This document shows, piece after piece, positions 52,401 to 64,000 of a DNA stretch of 64,000 bases (positions within the stretch are counted from its first letter, which is position 1; the number at the start of each line of letters is the position of its first letter). The notes under the pieces are model-generated. The model had not been told where the DNA came from. It did no database searches and saw only the letters and a program-made list of their open reading frames with translations. The stretch lies in assembly GCF_963921235.1 (NCBI RefSeq), contig NC_086097.1:59150001-59214000 (forward strand), given 5' to 3'. This DNA is from Mobula hypostoma. Its lineage: Eukaryota. The position numbers were made by a program, and so were the translations under genes.

Positions 52401-52662
52401 GGTTTGTGTCCTTCAGCCAGGGCCAGCATTTCGTTCAATAATGCTGATGGCGGCCTGTCTCCCAAACCATCCAGGTGCAGTAAGCGGGCAGCTCGCTCGC
52501 GCCATGAGTGAGTGGGGAATGCATATTCGCAGACCCTTCCCACGCGCAGGCTTTCCCCCCTGCTGGTGAAGATGGCCTGGCGCCCTTTTTGGGGCCGACC
52601 TCTCTGCCGGTGTGCGCCATTTTGTGAGCTGGTTCGAGTGTGCTGGAAATTGGGTCACCACA
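49495..52662 (-). mobile_element. Truncated Ty3/Gypsy LTR retrotransposon (partial LTR, gag, PR, RT, RNase H; no integrase)
   Basis: Probable LTR start TGTGGTGACCC at 52662. gag LGDRPPSALL..FLEQLP and WCFYHQWWG..PPC. Protease FVDAGAEIS..LLGADFL. RT NYRRLNEAT..FSKVDLVRGYHQI..MPFGLKN..YLDDILI. RNase H VDASNTAVGGVL..YSAFDRELLA..TDHKPL. Confidence 0.95.
50130..51058 (+). mobile_element. 5'-truncated Tx1/L1-group LINE inserted in the Gypsy RT
   Basis: zf-RVT-like LGWRVLHRAVPCN..ACHLCRLEETVYHMYMECARLQPLF. The frame ends DGDGNILV*. AATAAA and an A8 tail follow. The Gypsy frame rejoins across it (IASSSR|QEHLSHLRQL). Confidence 0.9.
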
Positions 52663-53124
52663 GTACTATCTTCATGTCTGGAATATCTGAGTAGGAATCA
52701 CATTTTATTTAATCGATAATTTGGAAACATCTATACATGAATTGTGTCATAAAATTCTTTATTAGACTCTTCTTTCAGGAGTTCCCAGCCTTTTACATGC
52801 CATGGGTCCCTGCCATTAACTGAAGGATCCATGAACCCCTGAAAGCTCCCTCATCTCTTGCTGACAGCACTATTTGCTTGGCAGGCAAATCTGTTTTGTG
52901 ATTTGTCTTAACTAGTTCCTGCAGAGTCTTTTTTTTGCCTGTTCTTTTCCAATTTGTAGAGTAAAGTGTTGCAAGATATGGCAGGCATTATGTTCAGGCT
53001 GTGTTCATTAGTACAAACCACTAAATATCTACTTGAAGATACTAACAAAATATTCAACAATACTGGTCTGTTCCAGTAATGCAGTTGTTTAGTTAAACAG
53101 CAAAAAAGCTGTAAAGTTTAAATT

Positions 53125-54355
53125 GACAGGATTAGTACGAGAATCAGGTTTAATATCACTGGCATAGGTTGTGGTTTAGGTTTTTAGATTAGATTATGAG
53201 GACACTCAGTCCTCGTTTATTGTCATTTAGAAATGCATACATGGATTAAGAAATGATACAATGTTCCTCCAGAGTGATATCACAAAAAAAACAGGACAAA
53301 CCAAAGACTAACACTGACAAGACCACATAATTATAACATATAGTTACAGCAGTGCCAAACAATACCGTAATTTGATAAAGAGCAGACGATGGGAACGGTA
53401 AAAAAAAAGTCTCAGAGTTCCGATCGACTCCCGATAGTCCCCGATAGCAGGCGGCAGAAGGGAGAAACTCTCTCTGCCATAAACCTCCAGGTACCGACAA
53501 CCGTCGATGCATTGGAAGCACCCGACCACAGCCGACTCTGAGTCTGTCCGAAAACGTCGAGCCTCCGACCAGCCCTTCGACACCGAACACCGAACACCGA
53601 ACAACATCTCTGCCGAGCGCTTTGACCCCGTGCTGGCCGCCGAGCAACAAGCAAATCCAAGGATTCGGGGCCTTCCCCTCCGGAGATTCAGGATCACACA
53701 GTAACAGCGGCAGTGAAAAAAGCATTTCAGAGGTTTCTCCAGATGTTCCTCCGTTCTCTCACGTCTATCTCCATCAAATCAGAATTGTGCACGGCACCCT
53801 ACTTGACAGATTACAGACATCATTCACCGGTGTGGCCGTGCAAGTTGCGTCGTGCCGCCATCTTCTCCTCTCCTCCTAACTTCTGCAATGTTTAGCAGCA
53901 GTAGTACATTGCAATACATAATAAATTACAATAAGAAACATACATATATATATTAAATTAAATAACTAGTGCGAAAAGAGAGTGAAATAAATAAATACAT
54001 TATGAGGTACTGTAAATGGATCAATTGTCCATTCAGAAATTCGATGGTGGAAGGGAAGAAGCTGTCCCTAAAATATTGAGTGTGTGTCCTCAGGCTCCTG
54101 CACCTCCTCCTTAATGTGAGCAATGAGAAGAGGGCATGTTTTGGGTGACAGAGGTCCTTAACGATGGATGCTGCCTTTTTGAGGCGTCACCTTTTTAAGA
54201 TGTCCTTGAACGCTGGGGAGGCTAGGACCATGCTAAAGCTGGCTGAGTTTACAACATTCTGCTGCATTTTCTGAAACTGTGTAGTGGCCCTTCCATACTA
54301 AATGGTGATATAACCAGAGTACTCTCCATGGTTCATCTGTAGAAATTTGCTTGTT
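53125..54355 (-). mobile_element. Rex1/Babar-like LINE 3' end, interrupted at ~53185-53878
   Basis: Tail gaatcaggtttaatatcactgg. 54050-54350 is homologous to 19380-19590 (aagagggcatg..gatggatgctgcc). Confidence 0.7.
53185..53878 (-). mobile_element. GC-rich non-coding retroposon (SINE-like or bipartite LINE derivative)
   Basis: Minus-strand 5' end ggagaggagaagatggcggc; tail (tagat)n with tttattgtcattt, similar in style to Rex1/L2-type tails; internal (caccgaa)x3; no recognisable ORF. Confidence 0.55.
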
Positions 54356-54514
54356 TTAGTGCATTAAGGTTATATACAAAGAGGTTATTTAAATTCCTAC
54401 TTCAAAAATGTATTTGAAAAATTAATTTGAAAATTTGTTAAAAACTGAATGAAAAGCTACCAACATCAATGATGATGAGAAAAATTCTGGAATTTTGGAA
54501 AAAAAGTCCTGATC

Positions 54515-55950
54515 ATTAACGCAGGAGATTCTGCAGATGCTGGAAATCCAGAGCAAAACACACAAAATTCTGATGGAACTCAATAGCTTTCCTTTGGAGA
54601 GGCCTCTCATTTGAAGAGGCATAATATGATTAGTAATAGTCAGCATGGTTTTGTCAAAGGCAGGTTGTGACTTACAAGCCTGATTGAATTTTTTGAGGAT
54701 GAGACTGAACACATTGATGAAGGTAGAGCAGTAGGTGTAGTGTTAATGGATTTCAGCAATGCATTTGATAAGGTACACATGCAAGGCTTATCGAGAAAGA
54801 AAGGAGGCATGGGAACCCAGGGGACATTGCTTTGTCGATTCAGAATTGGCTTGCCCACTGAGGTAAAGGGTGGTTGTAGACGGGTCATATTCTGCATGGA
54901 GGTCAGTGGCCAGTGATGTGCCTCAGTGATCTATTCTGGGACCCCTTCTTTTTGTGATTTTTATAAATGACTTGGATGAGAAGTGGAGGGATTAGTAAAT
55001 TTGCTGATGACACAAAGGATAGTGTGGAGGTTTGTCAGAGGGTATAGCTGGACATTGATAGGATGCAAAACTGGGCTGAGAAGTAGCAGATGGAGTTCAA
55101 CCCAAATAAGTGTGAGATGGTTCATTTTGGTAGGTCAAATATGATGGCAGAATACAGTATTAATGGTAAGACTCTTGGCAGTGTGGAGGATCAGAGAGAT
55201 CTTGGGGTCCGAGTCCATAGGACACTCAGAGCTGCTGCGCAGGTTGACTCTGTGGTTAAGAAGGCATATGGTTCATTGGCCTTCATCAACCGTAGGATTG
55301 AGTTTAAGAGCCGAGAGGTAACGTTGCATCTATATAGTACCCTGGTCAGAACCCACTTGGAGTACTGTGCTCAGTTCTGTTCACCTCACTACAGGAAGAA
55401 TATGGAAACCATAGAAAGGGTGCAGAGGAGATTTACAAGGATGTTGCCTGGATTGGGGAGCGTGCCTTATGAGAATAGGTTGAGTGAACTCAGCCTTTTT
55501 CTCCTTGGAGCGACGGAGAATGAGAGGTGACCTGATCGAGGTGTATAAGGTGATGAGAGGCATGGATTGTGTGGATAGTCAGAGGCTTTTTCCCAGGGCT
55601 GAAATGGCTAGCACAAGAGGGCACAGTTTTAAGGTGCTTGGAAAATGTCAGGAGTAAGTTTTTTACGCAGGGAGTGGTGAGTGCTTGCAACAGGCAGCCG
55701 GCGAAGGTGGTGGAGGCGGCTACGATAGTGTCTTTTAAGAGACTCCTGGACAGGTACATGGAGCTCAGGAAAATAGAGGGCTATGGGTAACTCTAGGTAA
55801 TTTCTAAAGTAAGTACACGTTCGTCAGAGCATTGTGGGCCAAAGGGCCTGTATTGCGCTGTAGGTTTTCTATGTTTCTATGTAGCTCAGGCAGCATCTAT
55901 AAAGAGAAATAAACGATCAACATTTTGGGCTGAGACCCTTCATTGGGATC
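54515..55950 (-). mobile_element. Penelope pseudo-LTR terminus split by a CR1
   Basis: gattctgcagatgctggaaatccagagcaaaacac..ggaactcaatagct | tagctcaggcagcatcta..gggctgagacccttcattggga. Confidence 0.75.
54589..55881 (+). mobile_element. 5'-truncated CR1 (same family as 8329-11991), 5-bp TSD tagct
   Basis: TSD at 54584-54588 and 55882-55886; MEFNPNKCEMVHFGRSN..; tail ttttctatgtttctatg. Confidence 0.93.
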
Positions 55951-57487
55951 CTTTATCCTAGTCATTCATAGTTTTTAGAATGGAAAGTTTGGAATGCTGG
56001 AGCAGTTTGATTCGCGTGTGACTCCAGTCCCACCAATGGGGGACTCTCAACTTCTCTGCAAAGTGGCTCAGCTCGAAAAACTACTGGCAATGGACAAGAA
56101 ATATTTGCCTTGCTGGACAACATCCATGTTTTGAGTGAAAAATATAATAAGTGAGTCAGTTGCAAATATAACACACATTGCAGATATGGTGGACCTATGC
56201 TGGAGAAAGGGAGGGAGGTTGGTGAATAAGATGATAATCAAGCTGACTACATTGCCATAATATTGTTACTGGTGTGGTTATCCAGCTAAGTCCATCACAT
56301 CCTGACTTGTGTCTTGTAGATCATGGAAGGGATTCATTGATCATTATTTTCATCTACAGGGCCATTATCAGAGGCACCTGTCTTGGTAGGGGACTCCCAT
56401 GTCTGATTTCTTGACATCTAGTTCAACGTGTTGCCTAAAATCACTTTAATCCTCGTGAATTTGTTGTTTGAATGTGCATACACTTTAGGGGCATCTTTAT
56501 TGTAGGAGAGTGGAAAATGACCGTAGACGATTGGCAGCTCATTTTATCCCTTTCTGAAATCATACTGTCAATTCCACGTCATGATCCCTATTGTTCAAAG
56601 TCAAAAGACAGCTTATCCCCTAAACCCCACTGATAGATTCCTGAATAAACAACAATTACGTGCACTAAATGTTTTGCTGTATGCCAATTGAAAGAAAAGA
56701 AAACAAAATATACTTATTTATCAAGAGCAGTCAAAAGTATTTAAGGCTGTTTTATTTAGTCTAAATTTTTTGATATGTATGAAAACTCAGTGTTTTTGCT
56801 GGGAGTAATATCTTGGATTTGATGACCTCTGCAGCTCTGGAAATATTGAGTGGCATTAGTTTTGCTGCATTTATGTGTCAGCAGACTGCAAAACAAATTT
56901 GAACATACTTCAGATTTTGTTAGTTTTGAATTTCCGTGAAGTGTGGAGCTTTCTGTTTAAATTTTACAAACATTGTATTTATCTGTGCTTGTGTAGGGTT
57001 AGCACGTTTACCTGTAATTGTGTAGGGTTTGGTACATTTTTCAACCAGAAAGCAAACAGAACAAGTGATATGAATTCACGCTGACAGCTTTACATTTCTT
57101 TGAATCATGCACTATTCTCAAACTGATACTTGAGGTGATTTATTGGCCCTAATAAATCACGACTGTGAATTACCAATTCTTACATCTATGCATTCAAATG
57201 AGGTTCCATGTAACAAGAGAAGCAGACTCTTAATTTGATAAAATAGTGAAAACCTGATTAGACCACCATTAGGAATGTGCCAGCATTTTGGTCTAAGGAA
57301 ACATAACTTTTAGGTTAAATAACAATATTTGACAATTTTCATTTTCAAATGTCTTTTACATCTCCTCCGCACTCACTATAAGTACAGATGTAGCACAGAG
57401 CTATGTTCTTATTCCCGGGTCTACAGTTTTGCATTTAAGTTTGGTGACGAATCATCATATTGGAGGGAGATTGAATATCTGGTTGAA

Positions 57488-59202
57488 AAAGAAACGGGCA
57501 GACTATTATTTAACTGGGGAAAGAATTCAAAGTTCTGAGATGCAACGGGACTTGGGAGTCCTCGTACAGGATACCCTTAAAGTTAACCTCCAGGTTGAGT
57601 CAGTACTGAAGAAGGCGAATGCAATGTTGGCATTCATTTCTAGAGGAATAGAGTATAGGAGCAGGGATGTGATGTTGAGGCTCTATAAGGCGCTGGTGAG
57701 ACCTCACTTGGAGTACTGTGGGCAGTTTTGGTCTCCTCATTTAAGAAAGGATGTGCTGACGTTGTCGAGGGTACAGAGAAGATTCACTAGAATGATTCCG
57801 GGAATGAGAGGGTTAACATATGAGGAACGTTTGTCCGCTCTTGGACTGTATTCCTTGGAGTTTAGAAGAATGAGGGGAGACCTCATAGAAACATTTCATA
57901 GAAACATAGAAACATAGAAAATAGGTGCAGGAGTAGGCCATTCGGCCCTTCGAGCCTGCACCGCCATTTATTATGATCATGGCTGATCATCCAACTCAGA
58001 ACCCCGCCCCAGCCTTCCCTCCATACCCCCTGACCCCTGTAGCCACAAGGGCCATATCTAACTCCCTCTTAAACATAGCCAATGAACTGGCCTCAACAGT
58101 TTGCTGTGGCAGAGAATTCCACAGATTCACCACTCTCTGCGTGAAGAAGTTTTTCCTAATCTCGGTCCTAAAAGGCTTCCCCTCTATCCTCGAACTGTGA
58201 CCCCTCGTTCTGGACCTCCCCAATATCGTGAACAATCTTCCCGCATCTAGCCTGTCCAATCCCTTTAGGATCTTATACGTTTCAATCAGATCCCCCCTCA
58301 ATCTTCTAAATTCCAACGAGTACAAGCCCAGTTCATCCAGTCCTTCTTCATATGAAAGACCTGCCATCCCAGGAATCAATCTGGTGAACCTTCTTTGTAC
58401 TCCCTCTATAGCAAAGATGTCTTTCCTCAGATTAGGGGACCAAAACTGCATACAATACTCCAGGTGTGGTCTCACCAAGGCCTTGTACAACTGCAGTAGT
58501 ACCTCCCTGCTCCTGTACTCGAATCCTCTCGCTATAAATGCCAGCATACCATTCGCCTTTTTCACCGCCTGCTGTACCTGCATGCCCACTTTCAATGCCT
58601 GGTGTATAATGACACCCAGGTCTCATTGCACCTCCCCTTTTCCTAATCGGCCACAATTCAGATAATAATCTGTTTTCCTATTTTTGCCACCAAAGTGGAT
58701 AACTTCACATTTATCCACATTAAATTGCATCTGCCATGAGTTTGCCCACTCACCCAACCTATCCAAGTCACCCTGCATCCTCTTAGCATCCTCCTCACTG
58801 CTAACACTGCCACCCAGCTTCGTGTCATCCGAATGTTAAAAGGCATGGACAGAGTGGATGTGGCAAAGTTGTTTCCCATGATGGGGGAGTCTAGTATGAG
58901 AGGGCATGACTTAAGGATTGAAGGGCGCCCATTCGGAACAGAAATGCGACGAAATTTTTTTAGTCAGAGGGTGGTGAATCTATGGAATTTGTTGCCATGG
59001 GCAGCAGTGGAGGCCAAGTCATTGGGTGTATTTAAGGCAGAGATTGATAGGTATCTGAGTAGCCAGGGCATCAAAGGTTATGGTGAGAAAGCGGGGGAGT
59101 GGGACTAAATAGGAGAATGGATCAGCTCATGATATAATGGTGGAGCAGACTCGATGGGCTGAATGGCCTACTTCTGCTCCTTTGTCTTATGGTCTTATGG
59201 TC
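57488..59202 (+). mobile_element. CR1 3' fragment split at 57897/58830
   Basis: ..RMRGDLIETF | RMLKGMDRVDV..; tail tcttatggtcttatggtc. Confidence 0.93.
57898..58829 (-). mobile_element. Young CR1 3' fragment nested in a CR1
   Basis: (tagaaaca)n tail; ORF 57996-58595; same family as 20851-21332. Confidence 0.95.
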
Positions 59203-60119
59203 TAATTGTGCCACAACAACAATGTCTCACTAAACATCAGCAAAATCAAAGAGCTGATTATCAAATACAGAAGGAAGAAGACAGTGGTCCATGAGCCAGT
59301 CCTCAATTGGGGAACAGAGCCAGAGAGAATCAGTAACTTTAAACTCTTTGGCATGATCATATCAGAGGATCTGTCCTGAAACCCCGACATAAGTGCCATC
59401 ATAAAGAAATCTGAATAGATTTGGCATGTCACCAAACACTTTGACAAACTTGTATAGTTGCACAGTGGAGTGTATCTTAATTGATTGCATCATGTCCTGG
59501 TATGGAAACACCAATGCCCAGGAACAGAAAAGTCTACAGAAAGTGGAGCACACAGCCAAGTCCACCACAGACAAAACTCTCCCCATCATTGAGCACATTT
59601 ATAAGGAGCACTGCCACGAGAAAGCAGCCTCCATGATCAAAGAACCTCACCACCCAGACCATACCCTCTTCTCATTGCTACCATCGGGAAGGAGGTACAG
59701 AAGCCTTAAGTCCCACACGCCAAGTTCAGGAACATTTATTACCCAACAATCTTCGGACTCCTGAACCGGTATGGATAACTTCTACTCTGAACTAATACTA
59801 TGCCCTACAGATTCATTTTCAAGGACTCTTTATAACTCATGTTCTTAGTATTATTTTTATTTGTACATTTGGTATTCTTTTGCATATTGGTTGTTTGACA
59901 GTCTTTTTCTGTTGATGTATAGTTTTTCATAAGATTCTATTGCAAGAAAATGAACCTCAAGGTAGTATATGGTAATATATATGTACTTTGATAATAAATT
60001 TTCTCTGAACTTTGCACTAAGTAAAATGATATGATATTATGTATAATAGGGTTAATTTTAAACCCTGACTGTGAAGTACAACTAGCAATCCACTTTAAAA
60101 CTGAACTTCACTATTTTCT

Positions 60120-60415
60120 CAGGAATGAGGATGAGTTGCTTCTACTCTAATTATGTATGCTATGAGGTAATTGATATGGGAATAGCAGACTCTTCTACAG
60201 ATAGGGCAGGTGATACCTGATGTGGACGGGTGGATAGTTTCCATGGAGCTGTATCCCTCCTATTGTTTACACAGGTCTTCTGTGTGCACCTTCAAGTTTC
60301 TGGACACTATCCCAAATGCTCATCCCTCACTTTGAGAAACCATGGACTAGGGATTACCAAGAGCTAGTGCAAATGCTGCATTTCTTCAGGGAGGCTTTCA
60401 GAATATCTGAATCTC
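60120..60415 (-). mobile_element. RTE-like LINE 3' remnant
   Basis: Minus strand DILKASLKKCSICTSSW*SLVH resembles RTE-clade C-termini. A weaker possible remnant lies at ~7880-8105 on the + strand. Confidence 0.55.
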
Positions 60416-61954
60416 ATCATTTTTATTATTCAGAACTCACAATTGTTAACCTGCACCAGAATGTGGTCCCATCTTAAATGAACCACAGAACGATTATGGC
60501 TTAGTTTATCATTTCATAGTTGGAGAAATCAAATGATATGACATGATGCATCAAGGTATTGCATATATCGAGGAAAAAAATACCTACCTCACTGTTAAAC
60601 CCATAACTGCAGAAAATCATGCGGCAGGTATTGAGAAACACATGTTCATGCTGATCAGCAGCACTTAGTGAACAAAATATATTGTACTTAGTGGCCTTGA
60701 AACAGAAAGAGAAACATAGATTGTATGGCTGCATTGAACGCATGAGGAAGAATACATAAACAAGAGGTACTGTTATCTCCTGGAAGAAAGAGTGGAACAG
60801 TCAAGTGAACTGCTTTCTTTCTATACTTTGCTATTTGTGATGGTGTTGTTTTATTCTCTCTCATCAGTGGGCTCTGGAAGGGACACAGATGCAGTGAAAG
60901 ATTATTTATTTCAGGAAGGAATTTCATAAAGCAAAGCCTGGCAGCTTCAGCTTGTGCAGTTGAAATGGCAAGAGATGAGCCAGCGAAAAGCTGGCAATAA
61001 TCAGTGTACAAGCATGCAGAAAGAAAATATCACTACTCAAACGTTGGGAAAACTTTAAGCAGAAAATATTAGTTTCAATTTCATTCTTTTTAAGTTTATT
61101 GTTAGTATTAACATTTTAGAAATTATTAAAATTAATGATATTCTCAGAAAATGGTCCAAACCCACAAATACCACAAAATCCCTGGTTTCTCCTGATGTGC
61201 TGAGATGTTTCCATTCTCATCCAGGATTAAAAGTTACACTTGACCTTACACATTCCAATGTCTTGCTGAGCAACTAGCCTACTGAGATCATAGGAAGCAT
61301 AAATGCTTCCTATGATATTTCTTCCTTAACATCCAGAAGGTACACCTAGCTTACCAGAAATGTGCTTGTAAAATGCATGAATTTTGTGTGAGTGGTCATT
61401 TTAATGATATGAGTTTCAGGAAACTGGCCGCTTTCGGCACAGTAGCTTTCAATTATATTTCCCAGACATTGATCAAAAGATTGGTGATAATGTTACACTC
61501 CAGAAAAGAAATGATTGCTGTTGAGACAGGAATTATCTGTTACTGCTGTAAGGGGTTCAAAGTAAAATTGGTCTGAGTGGCCAAGTTCCCAGTGGACAGT
61601 CTGCATTGTGTCAGTCAGGACTAATTTTACAATCTAGTTCAAAAGAAAGTTGAAAGAGTTGGAATGAAGAGTTGTTGATAAGGGAAAGGGTACATAGATC
61701 AATCAACCATCATTAGTTTCCTCAGTCTTTAGTAGATCAAAGGGAACTGAAAGGCCATTTCCTTTTAACTTGAATTTCTTTACAAGGCTTCTTACAAAAA
61801 ATATACTTCCTAATATTCAAGCAACACGCACAAAATGCATTTTGTGTGTGTTGCTTGGATTTCCAGTGCCTGCAGATTTTCTCTTGTTTGTACTTGACTT
61901 CCTAACATTCATTTACTAATCACTAAAGGGAATCCTGTATTATTTCTTTCTAAG

Positions 61955-63895
61955 AAGAGTGATGTTGTAGTCTGGTGGACCAACCTCTACCTTGCTGAGG
62001 CAAAGCAGCAACTCTCAGACACCTCCTCTTACTTACCCCTTGAAAAGGAACTCACTCAGGACCATCAGGCCACTGTCCCCTGCATTATCACCAACCTCGT
62101 CAACTTTGGGGAGCTCCCATCCTCTGTCACCAACCTCATAATTCCCTTATCTCATAATGCTCGTTTTTACCTTCTACCCAAGATCCTCAAACCTGACTGT
62201 CCAGGTAGCTGGTCCTGCCTCAGTGAACTTATGTCCACATACCTTTACTCTACTTTATCTCCCTTGTTTCCGTTCTTTCCCACTTACGTCCGTGACAATT
62301 CACATGCTCCCGCTGTGCAAAACCTTTTGAATCCTTGACCCTGATCAACTCATTTTCACCATGGATGCCCAATCCCTATATATTTCTATCCTTTACCAAG
62401 AAGGCCTTAAAGATCTCTGGTTCCTTCATGACAACAGACCTGATTAGTTCCCCTCTATAACTACTGTCTAGCAGAACCAGTCCTTACACTCAACAATTTC
62501 TCTTTCAATTCCTCCCATTTTCTCCAAACCCAAGGTGTAGCCATGGGTACCTGCATGGACCTCAGATATGTCTGCCTTTTCGTTGGCTATGTGGAACAGT
62601 CCATATTCCAAGCCTTCCCTGGTAACACTCTCCAACTCTTTCCATGCTACATCAATGACTGTATGGGTGCTGCTTCATGCAGCAATGCTGAGCTCGTCAA
62701 CTTCATCAACTTCACCTCTGACTTCCATCCTGCAGTTGAAATCACTTGGTCCATTTCTGACACCTCTCTCCCTTTTCTCAATCTTTCTGTCTCCATCCTA
62801 GGGGACAAACTGTCTACCAAAATCTTTTGTAACCCTACTAACTATCACTGCTATCTTTACTGTGCTTCTTCCTATCCTGATACTTGTAAAAAATGACATT
62901 CCCTTTTCTCATTTCCTTCATCTCCACTGATCTGTTCCCAAAATGTGACTTTCCTTTCTGGAACATCAGAGATGCCCTTGTTCAAAGAATTGGATTTCTC
63001 TTCCTCCACCATTGATGCTGTCCTCATCCGCATCTCATATCTCTCCCTGGCATTAGCCCTGTAAGCAGAACATTTGCTACACTTGTCCACTCACCTCCTC
63101 CCTCACCTCCATTCAGGGCCCCAAACAATCCTTCCAGATGATGCCACATTTCATCTGTGAAACTGTTGGGGTTCTCTATTATATCCAATGTTCCCGACGC
63201 AGCCTCTTCTCCATTGGTGAGGCTCAAAGTAGATTGGGGGACTGCATTGTCGAGTACCTTTGCTCCATCCACAAAAGCAAGATTTCTTGGTGGTCAGCCA
63301 TTTTAATTCCAATCCCTACTCCCTTTCTGACATGTCAATTGATGGCCTCCTCTACTACCACAATGAGACCACTCTCATATGGAGGAGCAACACCTCATAT
63401 TCCATCTGGGTAGCCTCCAATCTAATGACATGAACATCAAATTCTCTAACTTCCAGGAATTTGTCCCATCCCCCTTCCCTCTTCTTTAGTTCTCTGCTCT
63501 GGCTGTTAGCTCATCTCTTCTCCTCATCTGCCTAACCTCTTCCTCTGATATCCCTCCTCCTTCCCTTTTTCCTGTGGTCAGCTCTCCTCTTCTATCAGAT
63601 TCCTTCCTCTTTAGCCCTTTACCTTTTCCCACGTATTACCTCACAGTTTCTCACTCCATCCCTCTCTACCATCTACCTTGCTTCACTTATCACCTTCTAA
63701 TGTATTTCTTCCTTTCCCTCATCTCCTTATTCTGGCTTCTTCTCCTTTTCCTTTAAGTTCTGATGAAGGATCTCAGCCCGAAATGTCGACCGTTTATTCT
63801 CCTCCAGAGATGCTGGCGGATTCGCTGAGTTCCTCCAGCATATTGTTTGTGCTACTCTGGATTTCCAGCATCTGCAGGATCTCTTGTGTTTATCT
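61955..63895 (+). mobile_element. Decayed Penelope element (RT + GIY-YIG + pseudo-LTR)
   Basis: ARFYLLPKILKPDCPG; IFTMDAQSLY; NNFSFNSSHFLQTQGVAMGT..LFVGYVE..YINDC; VLYYIQCSRRSLFSIGE. Hammerhead-like motif at 63757-63790. Confidence 0.92.
63757..63790 (+). ncRNA. Hammerhead-like motif (core retained, stems weakened)
   Basis: gtt-CTGATGA-aggatctcagccc-GAAA-TG-TC-gac. Confidence 0.55.
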
Positions 63896-64000
63896 TTTCC
63901 TTCTAATGTACTTATTTCCCATCCTGTAAAATCTCTTCCAACAGTGCCCACTGCTAGAATCAGAAGCACACCAACCATCGCTTTAAGAGTCTCTTGTCTA

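Larger units (their letters stand above)
57430..60015 (+). mobile_element. Rex1/Babar-like LINE 3' portion (57430-57487 + 59203-60015) hosting nested CR1s
   Basis: GDESSYWREIEYLVE | CHNNNVSLNISKIKELII; TNLYSCTVECILIDCIMSWYGN..LFSLLPSGRRYRS. Confidence 0.85.

Noticed and set aside
53246..53895. Cluster of overlapping ORFs
   Set aside because: GC-rich repeat sequence is depleted of stop codons and no domain was recognised.
60868..60930. Possible terminal exon after ttattctctctcatcag
   Set aside because: Only about 20 codons, with no homology or partner exons.

Overview
Eukaryotic, repeat-dense DNA, probably intronic or intergenic. The repeat landscape (abundant CR1 LINEs with microsatellite tails, Penelope elements, Rex1/Babar and RTE LINEs, a V-SINE-like element) suggests a cartilaginous fish such as a ray; this is inference. 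By eye roughly 60% is transposon-derived. I could not recognise any host exon, tRNA, rRNA or CRISPR array, and nearly all ORF-track entries are transposon remnants or antisense shadows. Main points: (1) Penelope elements carry minimal hammerhead ribozyme motifs, with a core-intact copy at 688-723, and several short non-coding palindromic derivatives occur. (2) A nested stack has a hAT transposon (8-bp TSD) inserted into a hammerhead core, itself carrying a CR1 (5-bp TSD) and a hAT MITE (8-bp TSD). (3) Sequence modules are shared between a Tigger element and both hAT elements. (4) An R4/Dong-like LINE has its endonuclease fragment upstream of its RT fragment. (5) A Tx1-like LINE is inserted just downstream of the YLDD motif of a Gypsy RT. 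(6) A near-perfect 235-bp inverted duplication includes AT-rich flank. Coordinates were read by eye and element ends without a stated TSD are approximate.
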